The notes: generated by a model not told the origin, from the sequence alone. Positions 1-12,807 are shown, numbered from the whole stretch's first letter. The stretch is 62,870 nt of DNA, filler included, from Craspedostauros australis (GCA_030167865.1; 14 parts of 14 records of this genome joined end to end with filler, not necessarily neighbours in it), one strand, 5' to 3'. Translations and numbers: made by a program.

Positions 1-46
1 GGAGTCCCAAGCGAAGGCGTACACGCCTGCGCAGAGAACGAGAGAT

Positions 47-3000
47 GTGATGTTGGGGAAGACGAAGATCCCAACCAAGAGCGAAATCGGAGCCGCCACA
101 GAAACAGACAAGGAAGTAGTGGAGGAGACCTACAAGCTGGCAGCCGACTGCTTCAGCGATCTAATCCTCATGATGGATGCAGAGAAGGGTACATGCAAGC
201 AAGCCATCCAATACAACAACCAATGCATCTCCGACATATTCCCTGAGGGGAACCCACATGAGGTGTGGAAACCTCTCATGGAGAAGTACAAGCCATCCAA
301 TGCCGCCACCAAGATCAAGCTCAAGAGGCAGTTCAACAACAAGAAGATGAAGAAGGACACTGATCCAGATGTCTACATTGCATGGCTCAAGCTATTGCAC
401 TCCCGCCTTCAAGACGTCAGGCACAAGATCAGCAACGAGGAAATGATCATGCAGATCCTCAGCACAGTGAGTGCCGAGTACAAAGCACAAGTCGTCGACT
501 TCGAACATCAACTCACATTCAACCCAACTGTCGTCACAATCAACGCAATCAGAGCACTACTTCGCACAGCATACATAACCAACCAAGGAGGGAAGGCCTA
601 TGTCGACAAATTTCAAGACAGCAGCATGAAGACAAATGACGCTGGCTTTGCAAGCACCAGCAACTTCAAGGGAATCTGCCACAACTGTGGTGTGTATGGT
701 CATCGATCTGCAAATTGTCCCGAACGGAAGAAGGCAACCAACAAGAAAAACGCCAACAACAACAGAAAGAACGGAAACCGAAACAACAAGGGCAAGGGAA
801 GCAGATTCAACGGAAAGTGCTACTACTGTGGCATCATTGGACATCGCAAGGTAGAGTGCCAAAAGAAGAAGTTCAACAAAAAGAAGAAGGCCAACGAGCA
901 GGCCAACACAGCAAAGGAAAGACATGAGAAGAGTGGCCATGAGATGATGCTCTCTATATTGGACATGATACTCTGCTTGGAGGTATCCGATGACATCAAG
1001 GATTCATTCTTCGATTACTTCCAACACTTCGAAAACGATGACGAAGTACACGACGACGAGGTCGTGACAGCGTGGCTCAGCGACGAGCCAATCATCCATG
1101 AAGTCGACCGACGTCGCGAAGTCAGCTACAAGTACTGCTTCAATGTAAACAACATCATTGATCTGTCCGGCGACACAGCTGAGATGGGAGCAGAGACCAT
1201 CACCATCGAGTTGGAAGCGGCCGCGAACGCAGACGATGCCGACACCAACGAGAACGGTGCGGATCAAGACAATGAAGACGTCTCTGGCGACGAGACAAAC
1301 GGCGGTGAGGCGCCGCCTCCTCCAGTAGCGAGGGTAAATAGAATGGGTATCTTCCACGAAGACAGCAGCAATGAATCAGAACAAGAAGTGGACTGATTCA
1401 ATCCAAACAAGAGACTCATCTATCCAACAGACATCTTGTTCCCACCAGTCCAGAACGCCAGAGGCTTCGACACCATACACAGGCATCATACGATCCCATA
1501 TCCTACATTGACAGCAGAGACAATGCAACAAAAGCTCATCCACGACGCCGTGATGGTAGCAGGCATGCATCTCTTCCCACGGATGATCAACAGGGGGGCT
1601 TCAACACGTATGGGTGCGCATGATTGGCACCATACTGTCCAACAATTTCCAATCAATCCAAGAGATTCTCGCCAACACAGTGATCCTCAACCGGCTGTTG
1701 GAGGAAAGACGAGCTCATTCCAGAGACATAATTGCACTACGTCCTTGGAGGATGTATGCAGATACTCCTGCGCGAGCGACCACAAGTCACGCCATACGAT
1801 TCGGTGACAGGAACTCGCCGAGAAGACATGACTCCAGCAGTCGGAGAACCGTACTACGACGGCATGGACTACCACAGGATGGACGACGGGAACGAAGAAG
1901 ATCACGACGACGACATGACAGCGGCTGCCATGGAACAGCTTCACGAGCTGAGCACCAAATACAAGGACAAGGTCAACCAGAATACCTGGCTTGCCAACAG
2001 CAGAGCCTTGTGTCACATCATGAACTCAGACGCTGGCCTCTTCAACGTGCGGCACATCAAGTCCTTCGTCCAAGTGGGAGACAGCACGAAGCTGGACTCT
2101 CCCAAGATCGGATCCATCCGCTTGAAGGTCAAGCAACGCAACAACACTGGCCACATTATCCGGCTCGATAATGTGAAGTACGCACCCAAGATGGTGGTGA
2201 ACCTTTTCTCTACGAACAAGGCTCTGTACAACAGTTACCAGATCGTAACGACGGCATTCTGATGGACATCGTCAACAGAGTTGGGAAAAAGATCATCTTC
2301 GATCGCATCTTCCCACGATCCAATGGATTCATCACAGGAGTGCAGATGCATCCCATCATGCCAACTGAGGATGACAAGGCTTCCACAGCCATCATCAAGA
2401 GCCCATCCAAGGAGGTGAGCGTGGTGAGCTTACACCGAATGCTCCGTCACGCACCACTTGAGACCATGAAGCGGACAGCCGCTCAATACGGATGGAAGAT
2501 CATCAGCGAGATGCTGGTGTGTCGCGACTGTGCTGTCACGAATGCGAGAGTGAAGAACATCTCAAAGACTAGAATCCCAAGAGTAACTCGCTGTGGCGAG
2601 CGCCTCTTCATCGATATCAGTTACACTAAACACATAGGCTTCGGAGATAAACGCTACTGGACCTTGATCGTGGACGACTTCACGGACCACTGCTGGAGTT
2701 TCTTTCTGAAGAACAAGAGGGACCAACCAGGGTATCAAACGATTCGTGCAGACGATCAAGTTACACACAGGTGATCAACAAATCATTTTTCAAGGCGATA
2801 ACAGCGGAGAGAACAAGTCCACACAGGATGCTCTCATCGATGCAGGACTGAATGCGAAATTCGAGTTCATGGCGTCCAATACGCCACAGCAGAATGGTAG
2901 AGTAGAACGCAAGTTTGCGTATCTCTACACCAAGATCCGTTCCATTCTCAACGGAGCACAACTCAACAAAGAGTATAGGCATGGCCTGTGGGCATCAGCT

Positions 3001-5814
3001 GCAAGCACTGCCACTGCCATCGCCAATTCTTTGACAGCAATCCACCATATGCCGATTCACTTCAAACATTCAGAGAGGTGGTTGTTGTGAAGACCACCTA
3101 TGGCGGGATCTCCGCCAAGCTCAAGAATAGAGGAGAAGAGATGGTGTTCATTGGATATGCACACCAACATACATCAGGAGTGTACAACATGTACAGACCA
3201 TCAACCAAGTCACTGGTCTGTTCCTGCGGCATCAAATGGCTCAACCAATCATACGGACAGTTCTGTGGCTGGGCGCAAGCACCAAACACACTCAATGATG
3301 CAGAAATGACGAACGCAGATAGTTTCACAACCATTGGACGGAAGGGAGCAACGCCAAGGACGGCAATGCGTCAAACAACAGAACCAAGGAGAGTATCCTT
3401 TGCCCACACGAACAAGTATCACATCCTATCGGACAGCAATGATGAGGACAAGGAAGCAGCGACCCAACTGCTTGAGAACGAGAAAGATCGGAGTGAGTCC
3501 GACCCTGAGGATGACGAGATCCTACCATCCGGCGACGAAGCCGACGATGACAAGGGCATCACTCCTCTGAACACACCAGCAATGCCTGCGCGTGGTACAC
3601 CATCAAGACCTCCACCAACCAAACCGAGCAAGCGTGATATAGACAGAAAGGAGAGACTCCGATGTCACAAAGCAAGAGGCAGGAAGGGACAGAACAATCC
3701 CAAGGCAACTTCAGGGAAGAAGATTCCCAGAGCACTGTGCGCGCTCACAGACAACAACAAACCAGGTCAGAAGGAACGAGGTGATGAGAACGAATCATCA
3801 TCGAACGAGGAGAGCGACGAACTCAGCGACGAGTTAGCTGACAAGCTGAGTGATGACAACGAGAACACAGATGATGATGAAATCGTAGACGAAATAGAAG
3901 AGACAGAGGTTATCCATCACAGCACCAACAGACTATACGGGATGAATGCAATCGTCGCCGAGATACCAGCGATCGACATCGGACTGTCGATTCAGGACCA
4001 GAACGAAGAATCCAAGAAGCACATCAAACTGACGACGTTCGATGGGGTGTTCAACCATCCGGATCCCATCCATCGAAAAGGATATCAAGCAGCCATCAAG
4101 AAGGATTTCAGCTCCATGGATACACGCAAGGTGTACAGCAAGATCAAATGAGATGCCATCCTACAAGGCCGCAGATGCTGCAAATGCAAATGGGTCTTCA
4201 AGTTGAAACGCAATGGCACACATCGAGCACGGCTTGTTGCATGTGGATATGCACAAGTCATGAAAGAGCACTATCGAAAAATCACAAGGGGAGAGCAAAA
4301 GCAAAGTACCATGCCAGGATTNGAACCTGGAACCTCAGTGAGAATTACTGGTGCTCTACCATTGAGCTACAGGCATTGCGATTGCTGATCCAAACACAAG
4401 TGAAATTTATAGATAGTGGGGGCTATGGGAGTAACGTAATTTGCACTATACGTATTTGTGCTGATAAGTTGCAGGCGTAGACTTCCAGGAACACTACTCA
4501 CCAGTGATTCATGACATGGCATACAGGGTCATGATGGTGATCATGCTGATCAAGAAGATGGACTGCGCACTCGTCGATGTCGTAACGGCATTCCTACACG
4601 GAGACCTCGATGAGGAGATCTACATGAACTGTCCTGACCGGATGGATCATCAACCAGACGAAGCCCTGACCCTACATAAGCCAATCTACAGGCTTGTGCA
4701 GAGCGCCAGGCAATGGTTCAAGATGTTGGTGTCGACCCTCAAGAATATCAACTTCGAACAGAGCGCAGCAGACCCGTGCCTGTTCTACAGAAAGACGAAC
4801 GAAGGAAGCATGATCGTGGCCATCTACGTGGACGATTGCTTCTGCTGCGGAGACTCCAAAGCACTGGAGATATTCCTGAAGGACATCCAAGACAGCAAGT
4901 TCAAGGTAACCATCGAGCGCGAACTTGGAGATTACCTCAGCTGTAACATCGAACTGAACCATGACAAGACTAGAGCAACATTGTGTCAACCACATCTCAT
5001 CCGACATCTCATCAAAGAGTTTGGAACCAAGGTTGAAAAGATGCAGCGCTACGCAACCCCGGGTCAAATCATTGTACGACCATCCGAAGACAACGGACTA
5101 CAGAAGGTCGGACCGGAAGAACATGCCGAATATCGCCGAGGCGTCGGTATGCTACTCTTCCTCATCAAGCACTCGCGACCAGATATCGCGAACCCTGTGA
5201 GGGAACTCTCCAAGGTATTGATTGGGCCCACCAAGACCGCAATGAAGGAGATGTATCGGATCATCAAGTACATGATCGATACGCAGCACCATGGATTGCA
5301 GATCCATCCAGTATGCCCAGACAATGACAGCTGGGACATGGAGCTCTTCTGTGACAGCAAATATGCAGGAGACAAGAACACGAGAATCAGCGTAGGAGGG
5401 TTCATCCTATACCTTTGCAAGGTACCAATCCTTTGGCGATCCAAGGCACAGAAGGCTGTGACACTCAGCTCATCCAAAGCAGAATACGTTGCGCTTTCCA
5501 AAGCAGCAAAAGAGATCTTCTTCGTCATGCAGCTACTCGAAAGTGTGGGTGTCCCAGTGAAGACACCGATCAAGGTCCGTGTGGACAACGTCAGAGCGAT
5601 CTTCATCGCCAAGAACCCATCAACATCCCAACGATCGCGGCACATCGACGTGCGCCATCACTACATGAGGAACATGGTAATCAACAAAACCATCGAAATC
5701 ATTTTCGTCAAATCCGAGCAGAACACAAGCGACGGATTCACCAAGAACATCAAGGCCGACTTGCAACAAGAACATGAGAAGTCGTACCTTGATACATCGA
5801 GAACATTCGAATGA
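47..5814 (+). mobile_element. Decayed Ty1/copia LTR retrotransposon internal region (gag-PR-IN-RT-RNaseH), 5' end cut by the window edge
   Basis: Gag with two CCHC knuckles (CHNCGVYGHRSANC, CYYCGIIGHRKVEC). Degenerate protease WLANSRA, integrase (IVDDFT, QGDNSGE, TPQQNGRVERK), RT (ARLVACGYAQ, YVDDC) and RNase H (FCDSKYAGD, SRHIDVRHH) in copia order, with several stops and frameshifts. Confidence 0.95.
4260..4470. other. ~211-bp unrelated insertion inside the copia RT
   Basis: The motif GYAQV|AGVDFQEHYSPV is split by AT-richer sequence; removing it restores the RT frame. Confidence 0.75.
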
Positions 5815-5834
5815 CCAAATGCACATAGGAAGAG

Positions 5835-6104
5835 TGTCAGGATGCGAATATGTGTATTTGCATCCTGACAACGGAGCACGTATCTAGTACGGAATATTGC
5901 GTAGTACGAACACGCAAGAAAGAGAGAGAGAGAGAATATGAGTAACAGCGAGAGAGCATCTCGCGTGCCGACTCATAGTCGGGAGACTCCGAGACAGAAT
6001 CGGAATAGCAACGTAATGAAATAGCAAGCAGAATTGTAACCACCACCACCACCAACACNNNNGTATNCAATCACAAGAATACCCATGAGCAGAACTTGCC
6101 AACA
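5835..6104 (+). repeat. 3' LTR of the copia element
   Basis: Follows the RNase H stop and purine tract AGGAAGAG; TG...CA ends. Shares the (AG)n core and the GAACTTGCCAACA end with the LTRs at 6435 and 60239. Confidence 0.8.
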
Positions 6105-6334
6105 GAGATCATGGATATGCAAGGAGGAGTTTGGACGAGATATTGGCAACTACACGCAGAGTAGTGGGTCAGTAGAAGATGAGTGGACTGACTACGTGTC
6201 AAATACGGAGTACATATCGAGTACGGAATATCGCGTAGTCCCAACATGCAAGAGAGAGAGAGAATGCAAGAAACAGCGAGAGAGCATCTCGCGTGCCAAC
6301 TCATAGTTGGGAGACACCAAGAGCATTGGGAGAC
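6105..6334 (+). repeat. Partial second LTR of a related family
   Basis: Repeats the AGTACGGAATAT...(AG)n...AGCGAGAGAGCATCTCGCGTGCC core seen at about 5886-5970; truncated by the contig end. Confidence 0.7.
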
Positions 6335-6434
6335 NNNNNNNNNNNNNNNNNNNNNNNNNNNNNNNNNNNNNNNNNNNNTTAATTAATTAANNNNNNNNNN
6401 NNNNNNNNNNNNNNNNNNNNNNNNNNNNNNNNNN
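6335..6434. other. Artificial contig spacer (first of 13; others start at 9576, 12472, 15107, 17227, 25095, 30535, 38660, 41405, 44511, 54637, 56458, 60139)
   Basis: Identical 100-bp block 44N-TTAATTAATTAA-44N, with stops in all six frames. Confidence 0.98.
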
Positions 6435-6888
6435 CCTACTGACGTCGACAGGATGTCAACATGTCACCACGTCGACATCTGTCTCCGAGTCAGAGCAGGA
6501 GGTGAAGATCCGATGACCGAAGGGCATCAGCATCATGGATACAGAAGGTGAACTTCAAATGGCGAGTACTCATGGAGTAAGAGCCAGTACTGAATGAACA
6601 GAGTGTCGAATACGGAGTACGTATCGAACACGGAGTATCTTGCGCGACGAGCACACGATGTTGAGAGAGAGAGAGAGAATACAGAGAAGAGCGAGAGAGC
6701 ATCTCGCGTACCGACTCATAGTCGGAGACTGAATCTACGAAACAGATTGAAGCGCCGAGAGCATCGGGCAAGAGAACGGCGTACACCAAGAGGATTGGAG
6801 TAGCCAACTAGTGAAATAGCAAACAGAAGACTATCAACCAACACCATCTTCCACGATCATAGGTTACCGTGCGCGGAACTTGCCAACA
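6435..6888 (+). repeat. LTR (3' part) inserted into the SIT gene
   Basis: Highly similar to 60275-60723; ends ...GAACTTGCCAACA directly against SIT coding sequence. Confidence 0.85.
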
Positions 6889-7494
6889 TCCGATAGCACC
6901 CAGGAATTCTTCAACACTGGACTTCTCGGAGCCCTCATCACCACCATCATCGCCTCCATCACATGGCAGTTGGTTGCATCCGTCTTCCCAATCGCCTTCC
7001 TCTCCAACCCAATCGTCTACATCTTCCTCCAGTTCTGTCTGTTGTTGGAAGCTACTGGTATCTGCTCCGGAGCCTGGGTTCTTGCTTCCATCCACAAGGC
7101 CGTCTCTGGCTTCCAGTTCGATGAGGTGTGCATTGGCACCCCAGAGGAACGCGCCGCCGGCATGAAGCCAGATCACAAGAGCAACCGCAATCTGCACCTT
7201 GGAACCAATGTGCTTGGTGGTGAGGCCGGTTCCACCGCCGTTCCAAAGGAATACCTCGAGCTCCAGAAGGCTCTGGCCGCACAGACCGAGTCTTACTCCG
7301 TCCGTCGCGAGCGCATCCTGTCGAACATCAAGGGACTCCGCGAGGAGATCAATTCGTGCAGCAACGACGACGAGGATGCCGCCGTCTTCGAGTCTGCCCT
7401 TCGCATGGAGACTGCTTCCATGAACAAGCTGAACCAGGAGGAGAACGAGAGCTCCGAGGCTGACGCCGATGAGGAGATGGGAGTGCAGAAATAG
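6889..7494 (+). pseudogene. SIT: Silicon transporter, C-terminal portion, separated from its 5' part by an LTR insertion
   Basis: QEFFNTGLLGALITTIIASITWQLVASVFPIAFLSNP...LLLEATGICSGAWVLA...GFQFDEVCIGTPEER matches the conserved diatom SIT C-terminal helices; a coiled-coil tail follows. Confidence 0.92.
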
Positions 7495-7922
7495 GCACGT
7501 CAACGTATGATATTTCACATGATAATCTGGCGCAACCACAGTGCGCCGCATCAACACATGGATCACGACTCCGATGGTATGTCTGAGATGTATCGTGAAT
7601 CTCAGACCATGTACCGCTTTCCTCCAAGAGATGCAAAGTGCAATCGCATGCCATACATATACCTGCCACAACATATCGCAACACGTCGCAATACATTACG
7701 GCGTATGGGCTGGACAGAGGTACCATGACCTTGCAACACGAAGCGGCGTTCAGCACAGAACAGCGTACAATCCTCTCATAGTGAAGTAATTGTTGTCCAC
7801 TGAAAAATAGTCCAGTAACGACTGATTTATGTCAACGATGGATGTTAAGCATTTGACAGCTACTCATGGAGATTCCATTGACAGGTGGTTGGTTGGTTTT
7901 TGTCCAATTTATAGCCATGCTC

Positions 7923-9515
7923 TCATGAAGCAAGAATGGTCAAGTAGTCGACAACATCAGCGCGGCCCTTTTTAATCGCAATATCCAGCGCAGTCAAGCC
8001 ACTGCTGGTCTTGATGCTGATGTCTGCGTTGCACGATTCTACCAAGTACTTGACGACTTCCAATTCACCATTCCCACTTGCCCACCAAAGTGCTGTACTG
8101 CCAATCTTGTTTTGAATGTCGATTTCTGCGTTGCACGATTCCACCAAATACTTCACGACCTCCAATCTACCATTGAAACACGCTTGGTGCATCGCAGTGT
8201 TGCCAGACCTTATGGTTTTGATGTTGGCATTTGCGTTGCAGACTTTCACCAAATACTTCACGATCTCCAATCTACCATTGAAGCACGCTCTGTGCAGTGC
8301 AGTGTTGCCAGACCTGTTGGTTTTGATGTTGATATCTACCTTGCCTTGTTCAACCAACGACTTCACAACGTCGAGATGACCATCAGCGCTTGCGCGATGG
8401 AGTATCGATCGACCATCCTTGCCTTTGACGTTCAAATCGACAGTAGGTGCTGCGACCAGATACTTGACAACCTCGAAGTGGCTGTTGCGATATGCCTTGT
8501 AGAGTGGAGTCTCGTGCTTGTCGTTCTTCGCGTTGATATTGGCTTTGCCGGATTCAACCAGCCACTTCACAACATCGAGATGGCCATCGCCACTTGCGAG
8601 ATGGAGCACGGTGTTGCCATCTTTGTGTTGGGAGTTGGGATGTATGCTTGGTGTTCCGATGAGATGCTCGACAACATCGAAGTGGCTGTGGCAATATGCC
8701 TTGTAGACTGGAGTCTCGCGCTCATGATTCTCAGCATTCACGTTGGCTTCGCCTGATTCCAACAAATACTTCACCAACCATTTCACAACATCCAAATGAC
8801 CGTTTCTACAAGCAATATGGAGCGCGGTATCGCCGTCATTGTTCTGGACGTCGATGGCCACAGTACGAGCCTCCATCACATACTTCAAAATGTGAAGATG
8901 ACCCTTCCGACACGCATTGTGGATCGCAGTATTGCCAAATTCATCTTGGACATTGATTTCCACTCCACATGATCCAACGAAGTACTCCACAACATCCAAG
9001 TGTCCATGAAGACACGCGGCATGGAGGGCATTCTCACCCTTCTCATCTTGCACGAGAGCGCTTGCAGAATGTGACTCGATCAGAGTCTTCACGATGGCCA
9101 CATGACCCTCGGTACAAGCGTCGTGGAGTGCCACCTTGCCGGAGTTATCCTGGAGGTTGACATCTGCGGCATGCGATCCGGCCAGGTATTCCACGACATC
9201 AAGGTTGCCCTGTGCGCATGCATAGTGTAGCGCAGTCTCTCCATCCATGGATTTGGCATTGACGTTTGCTCCGCATGATTCCATCAACTGTTTGATCGTT
9301 TCAAGTTGGCCGTTGGAGCATGCGAAGTGGAGTGCAGTCTTGTCGCGGTCATCCTTGATCGTGTCGATGGAGGTTTGTGGGAATGCTGTCTTCCACGCAG
9401 TGAGGGTATCCATGTCTCCTTGTTCTGCGGCGCGTAGGAGATCCTGATGGGTGATGATTGACGGGGATGCATCATCAGAGGTCGACTTGGGCGGAATGAG
9501 AGACGGTGAGGTCAT
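7923..9515 (-). CDS. Ankyrin-repeat protein (~15 repeats)
   Basis: Open frame with repeated GxTALHxAC...GHLDVVxxL motifs; first ATG at 9515 (start uncertain, near the contig end). Confidence 0.9.
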   Translation of the reverse strand: MTSPSLIPPKSTSDDASPSIITHQDLLRAAEQGDMDTLTAWKTAFPQTSIDTIKDDRDKTALHFACSNGQLETIKQLMESCGANVNAKSMDGETALHYACAQGNLDVVEYLAGSHAADVNLQDNSGKVALHDACTEGHVAIVKTLIESHSASALVQDEKGENALHAACLHGHLDVVEYFVGSCGVEINVQDEFGNTAIHNACRKGHLHILKYVMEARTVAIDVQNNDGDTALHIACRNGHLDVVKWLVKYLLESGEANVNAENHERETPVYKAYCHSHFDVVEHLIGTPSIHPNSQHKDGNTVLHLASGDGHLDVVKWLVESGKANINAKNDKHETPLYKAYRNSHFEVVKYLVAAPTVDLNVKGKDGRSILHRASADGHLDVVKSLVEQGKVDINIKTNRSGNTALHRACFNGRLEIVKYLVKVCNANANIKTIRSGNTAMHQACFNGRLEVVKYLVESCNAEIDIQNKIGSTALWWASGNGELEVVKYLVESCNADISIKTSSGLTALDIAIKKGRADVVDYLTILAS

Positions 9516-10385
9516 GGATAGTGATGTCCGGACTTGATGGTTGTGGTTGCGCAATGGTGAGGCGAACAGCGCAACNNNNNNNNNNNNNNNNNNNNNNNNN
9601 NNNNNNNNNNNNNNNNNNNTTAATTAATTAANNNNNNNNNNNNNNNNNNNNNNNNNNNNNNNNNNNNNNNNNNNNTCAGATCAAAAGTCTATATTCACCT
9701 TAGTCTATGTCTAGTCTTGTTCTCCGTAGACTGTGTCAGGTCACGCATGAGACTTTTGGCCATGAACCGTTTTCTCTTTCTCTGTTGACCTAATTTCCCG
9801 CAACTTCCAACGGCGCTCAGATACCTGTCTTGGTATCTGAAGATGGTAATGAGTTGAAGGATGGATGTCAGGCCCTGCCTGTCATCCTCCTTATGNNNNN
9901 NNNNNNNNNNNNNNNNNNNNNNNNNNNNNNNNNNNNNNNNNNNNNNNNNNNNNNNNNNNNNNNNNNNNNNNNNNNNNNNNNNNNNNNNNNNNNNNNNNNN
10001 NNNNNNNNNNNNNNNTTTGCTGCATGCATCATTGTTGTTCCAAGAAGCAAGATCAGTCTTGGAGGTGCCATGAACCTCCTCAGTCTTGCAAACTCGACAA
10101 CACCTTCATACTCTCCACTTCATGCACTGTAATTCATGCACTGCACTTCATGCTCTACTGTGTGTTGCAACACATGTTGCCTCAACATCATTTTCATCAT
10201 TTCATCTCCATCTGCTCACAATTCAGACTCCAATAGTTCTGAATTGGGCCAGCTTACATACCATCTAATACTATTAACCACTCAGAGCACACTGACAATC
10301 CCTACCATCTTCACTCTACTTCATTTGACGGACCTGATCACTCCCAATCTCGAGGTAAGTACCCATTCTTGTCTGTGTTCTATCA

Positions 10386-10926
10386 ACCCCGAAGCGGCTG
10401 AGGACATTGACGATCAGGCACCGGCAGCGATATATCCTGAGATCCAGATGTGCGCATTCGTCGATGCAGACCACGCTCACGATCTGGTCACACGAAGATC
10501 GAACACCGGCATCATCTTCCTGGGGCGCACCCCAGTGCACTTCTCCAGCAATTGCCAGACATCAGTCGCAACCTCAACATACGGAGCAGAATTCAATGCA
10601 ATGCGCTCGGCAACCGAGGAAATCATTGCACTCCGATACGCACTCCGATCTCTGGGAGTCACAGTCAAAGCGCCAACGATCACNNNNNNNNNNNNNNNNN
10701 NNNNNNNNNNNNNNNNNNNNNNNNNNNNNNNNNNNNNNNNNNNNNNNNNNNNNNNNNNNNNNNNNNNNNNNNNNNNNNNNGCGGTGGGAGCTGGAATCCT
10801 TGTCCCAGTCTATGTCCCATCGAAGCGGAACTTTGCAGATATGCTCACGAAGGCACTGGCAAAGCCAGAACTCACATCATTTGTCACAACTCTTTCTATG
10901 CAGGTCTACCTCGAGATCAAGGGGCG
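10386..10926 (+). mobile_element. CoDi-type copia RNase H fragment
   Basis: FVDADHAHDLVTRRSNTG, VATSTYGAEF, NFADMLTK; a purine tract AAGGGG precedes TGAC at 10927. Confidence 0.85.
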
Positions 10927-12571
10927 TGACAATTCTCACAGAATTCTTTACTTCTTACTCTTCTACTAATCCTATTAGTCAAATACTGGTCGGGGGCTGT
11001 CTTCGGACAGCACTCACAAATAATCAACAAGAGCTCCGACCAGGGCACGCAACAACAGGCCAATATATCTACCGTAGTTACTTGCACTGTTTGACAAAAC
11101 AGAAGGATGGCATGATCATTCGGAGGTGAACCTTCCAAGGTATGAACGCCCCACCCATTATGAATGCATCATTGAGTCGCCAGGGAATGTGGGAACGCAT
11201 GAGGGTCATGTGGAGGAGCTGCAAGGGTCGTATCGACGAGATACGGATCCAAATACGAACGGCATCCGCATGGAAAACGTTTTTTTTCGAAATTGCTGCG
11301 TTTCAGTGCAGGGAGGCTTTGGGGTGTGCAATGCACATCGAACTTGGAGTGCTTCATGGAGTGGATAGATGGGGGTATGCGGAGCTAATGTGGTGCGCAG
11401 ATTGTGAAAATGCCAGGGATGATAATGATGATCATGGGTGCTGAAAGGAGGGCAGCATGGCGGCATCCAGAGTTTTTGTTGCCATCCACCACCTGACGGA
11501 CAGCAAGCCAAAATGATGTTAAAAATAAAGCTCATATAAATTTAACTTAGATATTCAGAATCAATGATAGACAGGTGTCCGAATGCACTATTTATTTCTA
11601 GTTGTAAATGATGTGTTGTTGAGATATAACATGATAAGCAGTTATTTGGATGGGTTTGGTTGTGCTCTATTGTAGTCTACTTTAAGACGACTCATCACGC
11701 ACAAAACTCCACAACCAGCGTTATCGCTTACTGGCTTGCTGCATTTTCCGTTCTCCGCAGGTAGCATGGCATGCGCAGCGTGGCAAAATGCCAACGCAGC
11801 ATTCGCAGCCACACTTGTACTCGGAGTGATGCATGTATTAGTGTATTTGGTACTAGTGATTTTCTTTACGTGTAATATTGGCAAGACTGCAACGCAGCCT
11901 TTCTTTCGGAAGGGCCATGCATTGGTACTGACATGAGTATCGTCGCGGAACTCATCAGAACCACCAGATGTCCTGAAGGATGCATGTATGCACGGATGGA
12001 TTGATGCATAGATTGGAAACACCGAACCCCTTTTCAGTGTGCCCTTTGGTTGGCGTCGGGAATGAACGAGACCTTCGTGAGGCGTGCGGCATTTGCCGCG
12101 TTGGTACGGCTGCCTGGTTGTTGCTTCACGGCACGATACCCGCAATTCCCTCGTCGTTGATGTCATCTATCGAGATCGTTCAGGCTTCCTCTTGGTCCTC
12201 TTCGTCGAGGCGGTCGTTGTACGTGAGTTCCTTGGCTGTCTTCTATCGTGGGTAGGGTACGAAGAAGAGTTCAGCGTGCGCGCCATGTTTTGCGGTTTGA
12301 TTACGGCGCTTGGCCATTCCGTCCATCTGATTCTTCAGGATGATGGACTTGTCCACCACGAAAGGAACGTATGGAAAGTCTCCGCCGAAACCCCAAGCAA
12401 CTGTGCTTTGCGTACCTGCAACGGTGTATATCAGGTCTCCGCCAAAGAGAGTATGCAGTCCGGGGTTCGCCNNNNNNNNNNNNNNNNNNNNNNNNNNNNN
12501 NNNNNNNNNNNNNNNTTAATTAATTAANNNNNNNNNNNNNNNNNNNNNNNNNNNNNNNNNNNNNNNNNNNN

Positions 12572-12807
12572 CGTTGCTGGAGAAGCAAATCGTCACGACC
12601 ACCAGAGCCAATGAGGAGGCTGAGCAACAGAAGAAAGGCAAGAAGAAGACGTCCAGCAAGAGCAAAGCCGAGATCAGTGAGCCTCACAACAACAACAGCA
12701 AGACCGAGGCAGCACCAACCATGAACACATTCGAAGTGGCCATGTTCGTTGGCAAGACCGAGCATCACAGCAAAGCAGAGGAGGATACCAACACAGCAGA
12801 GATGTAA
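12572..12807 (+). CDS. 3' end of an unknown gene (K/E-rich)
   Basis: Open frame from the contig start to TAA, with host-like codon use. Confidence 0.3.

Noticed and set aside
11640..12471. Degenerate minus-strand coding-like and Cys-rich stretch
   Set aside because: Multiple stops and no recognisable family.
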